From NCBI GenBank assembly GCA_947629955.1, contig CANRFT010000006.1, positions 3,226 through 67,225 on the forward strand: a DNA stretch of 64,000 nt, given 5' to 3'. The position numbers were made by a program, and so were the translations under genes. How positions within the stretch are numbered: position 1 is the stretch's first letter; each line of letters starts with the position of its first letter. Source of the DNA: an uncultured Oscillospiraceae bacterium (GTDB lineage: Bacteria; Bacillota; Clostridia; Oscillospirales; Oscillospiraceae). Positions 20,589-28,781 of the stretch are shown here, one piece after another. The notes beneath the pieces are model-generated. The model was given only the letters and a program-made list of their open reading frames with translations, did no database searches and was not told the origin of the DNA.

Positions 20589-20664
20589 AGTTTTGACTCT
20601 CCTTTTCTTCAAATGTGCGGCTGGCCGTCATGGGAGGGCCCCGCCATTGGGACAACAGCTTTGG

Positions 20665-20691
20665 TTTACATTTGTAAATACGATATTTACA
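20665..20691. promoter_or_regulatory. Candidate LacI-type operators (overlapping palindromes)
   Basis: TTTACA-tt-TGTAAA (20665-78) and TGTAAATA-cga-TATTTACA (20673-91) in the divergent intergenic region. Confidence 0.5.
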
Positions 20692-20840
20692 TTATCGACT
20701 GTTCTGATGGGGCTATTGTAACCCTCGATTTACGATATGTCAACAGATTTTTGTGCATTAAAATCAAAAATGGCACATTCGCCAATTCTAAAGCGCATAT
20801 TTTGTTTACATTTACATATTGGATTTACAAAATGCACATC

Positions 20841-20869
20841 TTGATTTTTCACTCTGAGTGTGTTATCAT
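20841..20869 (+). promoter_or_regulatory. sigma-A promoter of the LacI regulator
   Basis: TTGATT-N17-TATCAT with extended TGn. Confidence 0.6.
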
Positions 20870-20907
20870 AATAAAAACTGGCAGAGAAATGCAGAGGAGT
20901 TTGACAA

Positions 20908-21954
20908 ATGCCGCATAAACGTGTAACCATGCAGGATCTGGCCGACGCCTGCGGCCTCTCCCGGAACACGGTCTCCAAAGTCTTCAATGACCGGGGCGCC
21001 GTGCCGGAGGCAACCAAGAAAGCTGTCCTCCAGAAGGCCCAGGAGATCGGCTATCTACAGACACCTTATTTTCTCGTCCCGGAGAACGAGGCCGCTCCGT
21101 CCCCCGCCCGCCCTCAGAACATCGCCCTGATCACCAGCCACATGCCGAAGGACTACCACTTCGCCATGCTGATCCTGCCCGTCTTTACCGAGCGCCTGGG
21201 CCGCGGCGGATATACGCTGATGATCTATGAGCTCTCCCCGGAGGAGCTTCGGGAGAGACGGCTGCCCTCCCATATGCCCCTGGAGCAGACCGCCGGCATC
21301 CTGGGGATCGAGCTGTTCGACCGGGGCTATATGGATATGCTCTGCTCCCTGGGGCTCCCCGTCCTCTCCGTGGACGGCTACATGGAGGCCATGACCACCC
21401 CCATGAAGTGCGATTTCATCCTGATGGAGAACCTCTCCAGCACCATCGCCGTCACCGGGCGCGCCATTGCCGCCGGGGCCAGGCGGCTGGGTTTCGTGGG
21501 GGACATTGCCCACTGCTGCAGCTTTCACGAGCGGTGGATGGGCTTCTGTCTGGCGCTGGAGAGCGCGGGCGTCCCCCTGGACAAAAGCTGCTGCATTCTG
21601 GAGAAGGACTCAGAGCCCTACGACGATGTGGACTGGGTTCAGGAGCAGCTGCAAAAGATGCCCGTCATTCCGGACGCCTTCGTCTGCGCCAACGACTATC
21701 TTGCCTTCCCTGTGGTGGCGGCGCTGAAGCGTCTGGGCCTGGCGATCCCCAGGGACGTGATGGTGGCTGGCTTTGACGACACGCCGCCCTCCGCCGTGAT
21801 GGACCCGTCCCTGACCACGGTGCAGATCCCCAGCGCTGACTTCGGGCGGATCACCGCGGAACTCCTGCTGGACCGCATCCAGCGCCCCGGCGCCCCGTTT
21901 TTGAGCACCTACGTCAAGACCACGCCGGTCTGGCGGGGGTCTACGGATAAATAA
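20908..21954 (+). CDS. LacI family transcriptional regulator
   Basis: VTMQDLADACGLSRNTVSKVFN HTH; AFVCAND, PRDVMVAGFDD, PSLTTV. Confidence 0.95.
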   Translation: MPHKRVTMQDLADACGLSRNTVSKVFNDRGAVPEATKKAVLQKAQEIGYLQTPYFLVPENEAAPSPARPQNIALITSHMPKDYHFAMLILPVFTERLGRGGYTLMIYELSPEELRERRLPSHMPLEQTAGILGIELFDRGYMDMLCSLGLPVLSVDGYMEAMTTPMKCDFILMENLSSTIAVTGRAIAAGARRLGFVGDIAHCCSFHERWMGFCLALESAGVPLDKSCCILEKDSEPYDDVDWVQEQLQKMPVIPDAFVCANDYLAFPVVAALKRLGLAIPRDVMVAGFDDTPPSAVMDPSLTTVQIPSADFGRITAELLLDRIQRPGAPFLSTYVKTTPVWRGSTDK

Positions 21955-23626
21955 ACGCAAATAAAACAGCCGGTTTCGCAAGAAACCGGCTGTTTTCCGT
22001 GGGCTGACCATCCCAAAATACATAGGCGAAAGGGGTCCCTGTAAAACCGCCCTTTGGCTTTGCGGGGAGAGGAGGAGCAGCGGAGCGAGCGCGCTCCGGC
22101 GTAAAAAACGCCGGAGCAAGCGATACGCAGCTTGCTCCGACGTGGTGACCCGCCTCGTCCAGCGGTCGAACCCGCTGCGCTGCGGCGTCTACTTCCTTCA
22201 GGGTGATCGTGCGATTATCTCCAGAGTAATTGAAGGTGATGGTGCCCCTGTCATCATAGACGAACACCGCGTTGACGAATACTGAGATGATCCTCCGCTG
22301 ACTTTCTGGCTCATTGAGATCCATATTGCGGAATTGCGGGAGGAAGTATTTGATTTGTTCCTGGGTCAGCTTGAAGCCGTTGATCAGCTCCGCGTCGGCC
22401 AGGGCCGCCTCCAGGTCTGCTTTTTGCCGGTCGAGTTCATCCATTCGTGCTTTGGTGGCGGAATTGAAAATGCCCGCCTCCATAGCTTTGATCAGATTGG
22501 AAATGGCTGCCTGTACTTGCCCCAGTTCCGCGCGGAGCGCGTCTGTGTAGGAGGTATCCGTGTTTTGCTCCTGGTAGTAGCGGAAGGTCTGTTCAGAGAT
22601 GTAGTCCACCATCTCGTCGCTCATAACGATGGAGATCGCCTTTTGCAGGACCAGATTCTCGATCCACTCTTTACGGACAGCCCGCTTTCGGCAGGAATGG
22701 TGGTTCTTCTTCCCTAGACAGGTGTAGTAGTAATAGGTGGTGCCATGCTTGCCAGTCCCGCATTCTCCAATCATCGTGCTTCCGCACAGGCCGCAGAATA
22801 GTTTTCCGGTGAGCAGATAGTCTGCTTTTGACCACTTCCTGGCCGGGGCCCGCCTGTTTTTCACAAGAAGGTCCTGGACCTTTGCAAATGTCTCCGCATC
22901 AACAAGGGCGGGGATATAGGCGTCAGGGTACTCTTTCCCGTCGTAGTGGTACACGCCTATGTATTTCTTGTTTTTGAGGACCGCCCGGATGCTGTTCACA
23001 GTCAGAGGTTTCCCTTTCCTGGTTCGCAAGCCTTCGGCGTTCAGCGCCTCGATGATTTCTTTTTGGGTGTGCCCCGCCGCATACATCTCAAAGATGCGGG
23101 TGACCAGAGGAGCGGTCTTGGGATCCGGTTCCAGATGCTTGTCTGGGCCGGTCCGATAACCGAGCGGGAGCGTTCCGCCTATGCTTTGACCTTTCCGGGC
23201 CGCATTGTCCATGCCGCGCTTGACGTTGGTGGCCAACTGCACGGAATAATACTCCGCCATACCCTCCAACACAGCTTCCAGGATGATCCCCTCTGGGGTA
23301 TCGGGAATGCTCTCGGCGGTATAGAGGACTTTAACTCCGTTTTTCTTACAGCGGTATTTATTGAAGGCGATCTCTTCCCGGTTGCGGCCAAAGCGGTCGA
23401 TCTTCCAAATGATAATGGCCTCAAACTGATGCTTGGCGGTGTCCTTCAGCATTTGCTGAAACTGCTCCCGGTCATCGTTGCGCCCGGTCTGTGCCCGGTC
23501 GCAATACTCGTGGATGATGGTGTAGCCGTGCTCTGCGGCGTACTTGTAGGCAGAGGCTAACTGCCCCTCAATGGACTGTTCGCCCTGCTTATGGCTGGAG
23601 TATCGGGCATAGACAACAGCGTTCAT
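21941..23626 (-). CDS. Large serine recombinase; frame reads through the att site
   Basis: YARYSS catalytic Ser, DRFGRN, recombinase domain, zinc ribbon (CGLCG..YYTC..C), coiled coil; codons 493-495 lie in the att core. Confidence 0.93.
   Translation of the reverse strand: MNAVVYARYSSHKQGEQSIEGQLASAYKYAAEHGYTIIHEYCDRAQTGRNDDREQFQQMLKDTAKHQFEAIIIWKIDRFGRNREEIAFNKYRCKKNGVKVLYTAESIPDTPEGIILEAVLEGMAEYYSVQLATNVKRGMDNAARKGQSIGGTLPLGYRTGPDKHLEPDPKTAPLVTRIFEMYAAGHTQKEIIEALNAEGLRTRKGKPLTVNSIRAVLKNKKYIGVYHYDGKEYPDAYIPALVDAETFAKVQDLLVKNRRAPARKWSKADYLLTGKLFCGLCGSTMIGECGTGKHGTTYYYYTCLGKKNHHSCRKRAVRKEWIENLVLQKAISIVMSDEMVDYISEQTFRYYQEQNTDTSYTDALRAELGQVQAAISNLIKAMEAGIFNSATKARMDELDRQKADLEAALADAELINGFKLTQEQIKYFLPQFRNMDLNEPESQRRIISVFVNAVFVYDDRGTITFNYSGDNRTITLKEVDAAAQRVRPLDEAGHHVGASCVSLAPAFFTPERARSAAPPLPAKPKGGFTGTPFAYVFWDGQPTENSRFLAKPAVLFAFIYP
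21963..21996. terminator. Bidirectional intrinsic terminator (lacI on +; tRNA operon/recombinase on -)
   Basis: AAAACAGCCGGTTTC-gcaa-GAAACCGGCTGTTTT, with a T-tract on both strands. Confidence 0.85.
22032..22142 (-). repeat. tRNA-3'-linked ~110 bp repeat, copy 1
   Basis: Shares GGCTTTG(C/T)GGGGA.AGGAGG.GC, GAGC, GATACG.AG and CCGACG blocks with 34511-34619 and 34712-34819. Confidence 0.85.
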
Positions 23627-24246
23627 TCGTGCCTCACATCCTTAAGCGGCTCCAGGTCGAGAGCCAGACGGGCGGTGTTCCTGTCCTTTAGGGAGGCGGC
23701 GTCATAGGCTCTGGCCACCTCCCGTGCCTCTACCGTGATGTCCTGCGGAGTGTAGGACTTGTCCCCCGTCCACACCTCCAACGGCACTCCCAGGGTGTCG
23801 GAGAGCTGCAAAGCGATGGGGAGGGGCGCATCCTTCATCCTCCGCAGGATGATCGTACGCACCTGACGGTCGGTCAGCCCGGACACCCGGACAAGTCCCG
23901 GAATGTCCAACCCCATCCCTTCCATGACCGAGATCAGGATCTTATAAAAAGGCGGACGGTCCCCGGGACACAGGGAGTTGAAGGCGGCCTCCTCGGCGGA
24001 GTCCCCCATTAGATAATCTGCTGAGACATTCAACGCCTTGGCATACTGCTGTACCTGGGTGATTTTGGGGATACGCTGGCCGATCTCGTACCGGCTGAGT
24101 ACCTGCTTAGAGGTACCCAACAGCGCCGCGAAATCATCCTGAGACAGCCCCTTTTCCTTACGGATCGCCCGGAGACGCTGACCGAAAGACACATACTCCA
24201 CATCTACTGCCGGCGGTTCAGGGTACTCAGTCTTAAAAAAGTCCAT
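23623..24246 (-). CDS. XRE/HTH_3 repressor, possibly with a second HTH-like domain
   Basis: RLRAIRKEKGLSQDDFAALLGTSKQVLSRYEIG; ATGA overlap with the recombinase. Confidence 0.88.
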   Translation of the reverse strand: MDFFKTEYPEPPAVDVEYVSFGQRLRAIRKEKGLSQDDFAALLGTSKQVLSRYEIGQRIPKITQVQQYAKALNVSADYLMGDSAEEAAFNSLCPGDRPPFYKILISVMEGMGLDIPGLVRVSGLTDRQVRTIILRRMKDAPLPIALQLSDTLGVPLEVWTGDKSYTPQDITVEAREVARAYDAASLKDRNTARLALDLEPLKDVRHE

Positions 24247-24348
24247 ACTTCTCCACCTCGTTTTTGATCAGGGTATTCCAATTAAAGCACATAAAGTCAA
24301 CTAAGTCAATACCTAAATGTACATATATACAAATTTATCACCATGTAG

Positions 24349-24377
24349 TTGACAAACGGGAAAGGAGGCGCTATACT
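24349..24377 (+). promoter_or_regulatory. Rightward sigma-A promoter of the element
   Basis: TTGACA-N17-TATACT. Confidence 0.75.
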
Positions 24378-24441
24378 GTCACTATCATCCGTCAACTGTT
24401 CCAGTGAATTTCTACTAAAAGTGTCACCAAACGGTTGACTA

Positions 24442-24645
24442 TTGGAGGTGATACCTACTGTTGACCTGATTCGGGTCGATCCCCAGGCCATCCCCCGCGT
24501 GGAACAAAAAATACTGTGCGCCACTTTGCTGGAAGCCGTGCTGCGATTTTACGAGGACCCTGAAAATCGGGCAGCTTTCGAGCGGTGGCGCATGGGGAAA
24601 GGAGGAACCCAGCGTGGACAAGAAGACTGCGGACCAGTTGCGTAA
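24442..24645 (+). CDS. Small hypothetical protein in a cro-like position (start uncertain)
   Basis: 67-aa ORF divergent from the repressor, after a consensus promoter; the RBS-like GGAGGTG lies inside the track ORF start. Confidence 0.55.
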   Translation: MEVIPTVDLIRVDPQAIPRVEQKILCATLLEAVLRFYEDPENRAAFERWRMGKGGTQRGQEDCGPVA

Positions 24646-24838
24646 AGAGTATCCCAACTATATTAAGCTGGAAGTGGCCAGCAAGTATCTGGGCGTGTCG
24701 CCCCGGCAGCTCTCAAAGCTGATCGCGGAAGGCCGGGAGCCCTTCGCATCGATTGGCGCAAACATCGGAACGACACAACGGTATACCCGCATCTATACGG
24801 AACCCATGATTGCTTTACTTAGTGGAGAGCTGCGCTGA
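24614..24838 (+). CDS. Small HTH DNA-binding protein (excisionase-like)
   Basis: RBS AAAGGAGG; IKLEVASKYLGVSPRQLSKLIAEG MerR/Xis-like HTH. Confidence 0.7.
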   Translation: MDKKTADQLRKEYPNYIKLEVASKYLGVSPRQLSKLIAEGREPFASIGANIGTTQRYTRIYTEPMIALLSGELR

Positions 24839-24977
24839 CCGTGGGTAAGCATTGACAGGGGGTGATTGCCTTCTGTGAGGGCGAACCGTTCTCAACACCC
24901 AGCCGGGCGGCAGAGAAACAGCTTTTGTCAGGAAGCTGTTTCTCTGCCGCCCGGACACTTTTTATGAGGAGCTTCAA

Positions 24978-26063
24978 ATGAAACTGCACGAAAATCAACT
25001 GAATTTGATTCGCTTTTTAGCGCGGTTCAATCTGCTTGATTACCAGGACTGCCTGCAATTTCTGGATACGGCAGGGACGGGCGACCGCACCGCGCTCTCC
25101 TATATGTTCCGGCCCTTGACGAAGAACGGGTATCTTATCAAGCATAAAGACGGCAGCGTCTCCATCTCGGCGAAGGGCCGGGCCTTATTTCCGGAGATCA
25201 CTCCGCTGATCTCTACTGGCGGCAGAGGGCCAGAACAACATAGAGTGATGAAAGTCTCCCATGTGGCGGCCCTGATGGATCGAAACGGTATCCCGGCATC
25301 CGCGAAACCGTCGAAGGACGGCGAGCCTCGTTTTATCCCATCGGCTTGCTGGCGGAATATTGCCCCTGGGATCTTGTCCACCACGCGCTTTGTCGGTGTG
25401 CTGACGGCTGAAGAACACCGCCTGGCAGTCTATGATATTGGGGACGGCAAAATGGAGTGGCAAGTCCGGGCGGAAGGATCTCTGTTTTATACCAAGTATG
25501 GGAGTTATAAGACAATGGCCACAGGAATGCTGCTGATTTGTCGGGAGGACGATTGGGATCAGATCGCCAAAAACATTATCCGGCATACCATGTGGCACCG
25601 CCGCCGGCTTATGAAGGATCGGTGCCTGGAGCGGAACAGACCTACACGCTGGTCCAGATCTCCCATTGTACTGCGTTCCAAGTATGAGCATGTCTATCTC
25701 ACTACGCCGAAGCGGCTGGCGAAAAGCCTCCGGCTGATTTGGGAAGAAGAGGAGTACATCGAGGATTTTCTCGGTAATGCTGTCAAAAGTAATGAGCCGC
25801 AGATGTGCGACGCTGAACTCTGACCCCGGCGCTTGTTCGTAAATCCAGCCACTGATTTGTTGAAATATGTATACTTTTTTGCGGCGGTCAAAGATCAGTT
25901 GAGTCTATTGAAGGATGAGCGTTTCTTTATCAGTCCCATTCAGTATGAAATCTATATCCAGCCGGCGGATCGGGCGATTCTACAGATGTACCCGGAAATC
26001 GTCAGGGAGGAGAGTGTAACAGTCTATGTATATCGATCTGAAGAAGACGATGGAGACGATTGA
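24978..26063 (+). pseudogene. wHTH protein (replication/relaxation-like?) interrupted by an in-frame TGA at 25821-25823
   Basis: The 281-aa ORF and the following 76-aa ORF are in the same frame: ...GAA CTC TGA CCC CGG CGC TTG TTC...; no RBS before the second ORF. Confidence 0.55.
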
Positions 26064-26595
26064 GCGGTGCCTGCCGGAAAACGAGGCCGCCACTCTGCCA
26101 AGCTTGCAGCAAGCTTACCGGCATACAATCCGTCTGCAAAGCCAACTTCTATCCGTCATTTATGATATGGAGACATTCGGCACCCACACAGAGCGGGATC
26201 CGCCCCCGCTGGCGAAGCAACTGAGCGCGGGAGGAAATGCCGGCCATGCGGTTACGCTGACGATCCAAGAGCCGCTGCCTGCCATGAAATATCTCTCTGA
26301 ATCTGTGGAGGAACACTGGAAAGCAATGATCCACTCGGCGATCGCTGATGCGGCGGCACTGGGACCGCTCCCTTACTTTGCGAAGGCCTTTGTAGAGATT
26401 GAGATCATCACTCCCAAAGGGGCCAATAACAGCCGCGTGTGGGATACCTCCAACCGGGCCATCAATGTGATCATCAACAACCTGAAAGGAATCTTTTTTC
26501 GGGACGACGATATGGGGCACATGGCTTTCTCGGTGGTAGGAAGGTGGGGTGAAGAAGGTGTCACGATTATTCGTGTTTCGGACTTTGACAAATAA
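26026..26595 (+). CDS. Hypothetical protein with a degenerate RusA-like C-terminal half (start may be 26050)
   Basis: VWDTSNR..IINNLKGIFFRDDD resembles RusA D-x-D-N..D-x-L-x-G..DD. Confidence 0.5.
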   Translation: MYIDLKKTMETIERCLPENEAATLPSLQQAYRHTIRLQSQLLSVIYDMETFGTHTERDPPPLAKQLSAGGNAGHAVTLTIQEPLPAMKYLSESVEEHWKAMIHSAIADAAALGPLPYFAKAFVEIEIITPKGANNSRVWDTSNRAINVIINNLKGIFFRDDDMGHMAFSVVGRWGEEGVTIIRVSDFDK

Positions 26596-27281
26596 CAGCA
26601 AATCAGAGCCATCCGATCATGCGGTAAAAACAGTTGAAACTATGGCTTTTCAAAAATGTCATGGGGAAAAGAACGCGAAGCCCTGAAATCAGCATTTTGG
26701 ATCGTAATATGGCGTGATTTGTATTGAATGGGCAAGCGGCTTTACCATAGCCGCGGAGGGGTTCTGTGAGGAGCCTCTGCGGCAGCAGATGCGACGAACA
26801 GAACAGAAAAAGGGGCCGAAACCGTGTGAGCGTCAGAATTGACGCGAACACGGTTTCGGCCCCTTGGTGATCTTCAGTTTTGCTCGGTTTCAATTATCCG
26901 TTCACTTTGTAAAAAACAACGAGGGCAAGGCGGCCTAAGAAATCATTCCGCCACTAAGCGTGTGGCAGGCAACTTCACAAGGAGGTTCTTACGTTTCTTG
27001 TCACTTGAGGACGCTGGGGAAAACAGATTTCAGAGTCTTGCTGGATGTAATCCCGAAAGCTGTTTGTGCTGCAACTGTTGAAGAAAAAACAACCCGGAAG
27101 ACGGCATATGAACAGACATTGTATCTCTATCTCTGGATTTCGTTTAGAGAGATTTTGCCATATTCCTGTTTGATGTCCGGATTATGGGACTGTAGATGCG
27201 GTGAAATTAGTAGGATAAGTAGAACAGCGGGTAATCATTCATTTGAAATAATGTAATCTTGAGTATGTGGGAATGTCTTTG

Positions 27282-27310
27282 TTGAAAAGAGGCTGTGTTT
27301 GTTATAAAAT
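27282..27310 (+). promoter_or_regulatory. sigma-A promoter of the cargo operon
   Basis: TTGAAA-N17-TAAAAT, then AGGAGG at 27339-44. Confidence 0.65.
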
Positions 27311-27353
27311 AATAATTAGAAGCAGCTTTCCCAAGATCAGGAGGTCGGTACCG

Positions 27354-28781
27354 GTGCTGAATAAAGAATATATCTTAGAGACCATCCGGCCCTACCTAAT
27401 TGAAGGAAAAAAACTTCGGGAAAGTGATTTTGACCAATTATTTTCTGAACTTACCCGTAAAGAGCAATATCAAATCATTGAAATTTTAATCGACGAAGAT
27501 ATCGACTATGTTGATGATGAAATGGATCCCACTATTGCCCAGGAGAGTACTATAGACATACTTGCCGAAATTGAGCCAGAGCAAATTACCGAGACAAAAA
27601 AGCTATCTACAGCGAAAAAATCCACCATGGGAGGAGATGCTAAACAGCTCCTCGGCCTTAAAAACGAACAATTGTGTACTCTATATCAGCAGGGAGAGTC
27701 TCTCGCTCTTGAAGCGCTGATCCTTAAAAATGAGAAATTTGTTTATCGAGATGCCCTTATCCTTTCAAGACAGTTTAAGCAGAACAGCCTTACGATAGAT
27801 GACATTGTTCAATACGGAAATATCGGACTAATTGCGGCAGCAGATCGTTTTGATGCTACTCGTGAATGTTCATTTTTGACATACGCAGGCCACTGGATTA
27901 AGCAAAGCATTATCAGGAATATTATTGACCATGCATATATGATACGGTTGCCTGTCCATGTAATGGAACGGGTGCGCCGTTTTTGGGGTATACGTGCAGC
28001 ACATCCCGATTTTACTGAAACTGAATTGATCAATGAAATTATCACATTAGGATATGCTACATCGGCAAAAGAAATCCGCTACCTTCTTAACCTCGGTGAT
28101 CAATATTTGAATACTACCAGCCTTAATGTCCTAATTGGCGAAGATGAAGAAACAGAGCTTGAGGAATTTATCCCTTCGGATATTTCAGTGGAAGAAGTCG
28201 TAGATCAAACATTGCTTCGGGAAAGCTTGGAAAAAGTGTTATCCATGCTTACGCCACGAGAGGAAAAAATTCTTCGCCTTCGGTTCGGGCTTGATGATGG
28301 CATCGAGCGGACTTTGGAGGATGTTGGCAAGATATTTGACGTTACACGAGAACGAATCAGGCAGATTGAAAACAAGGCGCTAAAGAAATTGCGACATTCA
28401 TCAAGGGCCAAATACATTCGTGACTTTTACGGTGACAAAGCGAAGAAAAAATCTTCTTCCAAAAATAAACTGAAGCCAACACAGCAGGATGTTACTCCTA
28501 AGCAACAACATAGAGAATCCTTTGACTTTTTCGCAGACACAGAATTCGATACCCAAATACAAGAGGTCTTGAATCATCTTACCGAAAAGGAAGGTTTTAT
28601 CTTCTCGTTAAGGTTCGGAATAGATTATGGGCATTGTTTAACTCCGGAAGAAATGGATACTCTTTACGGAATCAAAAAAGAAGAATTATATATCGTAGAA
28701 AACAAAGCATTGTTTCAAATGGATGCTTCATTTCGAGAAAAGTTTAAGGCTATATTCTATGGAAGGAGCGCACAAAAGTGA
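27354..28781 (+). CDS. RpoD/SigA-like sigma-70 factor with an additional C-terminal region-4-like domain
   Basis: GTG start after AGGAGG; region 2 (QYGNIGLIAAADRFD..FLTYAGHWIKQSI), region 3 (IRLPVH..SLNVLIGEDEETEL), region 4 (RTLEDVGKIFDVTRERIRQIENKALKKLRH), second LTEKE..LRFGID..ENKAL block. Confidence 0.88.
   Translation: MLNKEYILETIRPYLIEGKKLRESDFDQLFSELTRKEQYQIIEILIDEDIDYVDDEMDPTIAQESTIDILAEIEPEQITETKKLSTAKKSTMGGDAKQLLGLKNEQLCTLYQQGESLALEALILKNEKFVYRDALILSRQFKQNSLTIDDIVQYGNIGLIAAADRFDATRECSFLTYAGHWIKQSIIRNIIDHAYMIRLPVHVMERVRRFWGIRAAHPDFTETELINEIITLGYATSAKEIRYLLNLGDQYLNTTSLNVLIGEDEETELEEFIPSDISVEEVVDQTLLRESLEKVLSMLTPREEKILRLRFGLDDGIERTLEDVGKIFDVTRERIRQIENKALKKLRHSSRAKYIRDFYGDKAKKKSSSKNKLKPTQQDVTPKQQHRESFDFFADTEFDTQIQEVLNHLTEKEGFIFSLRFGIDYGHCLTPEEMDTLYGIKKEELYIVENKALFQMDASFREKFKAIFYGRSAQK

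Noticed and set aside
25821-25823. Selenocysteine recoding of the internal TGA
   Set aside because: No redox-motif context and no clear SECIS-like hairpin seen immediately downstream; a nonsense mutation is more parsimonious.
26603-27256. Short ORFs between the element core and cargo
   Set aside because: No RBS, motifs or coherent composition; treated as non-coding or decayed.
27267-27353. ORF-track N-terminal extension of the sigma factor
   Set aside because: It overlaps the promoter; AGGAGG at 27339 points to GTG 27354.
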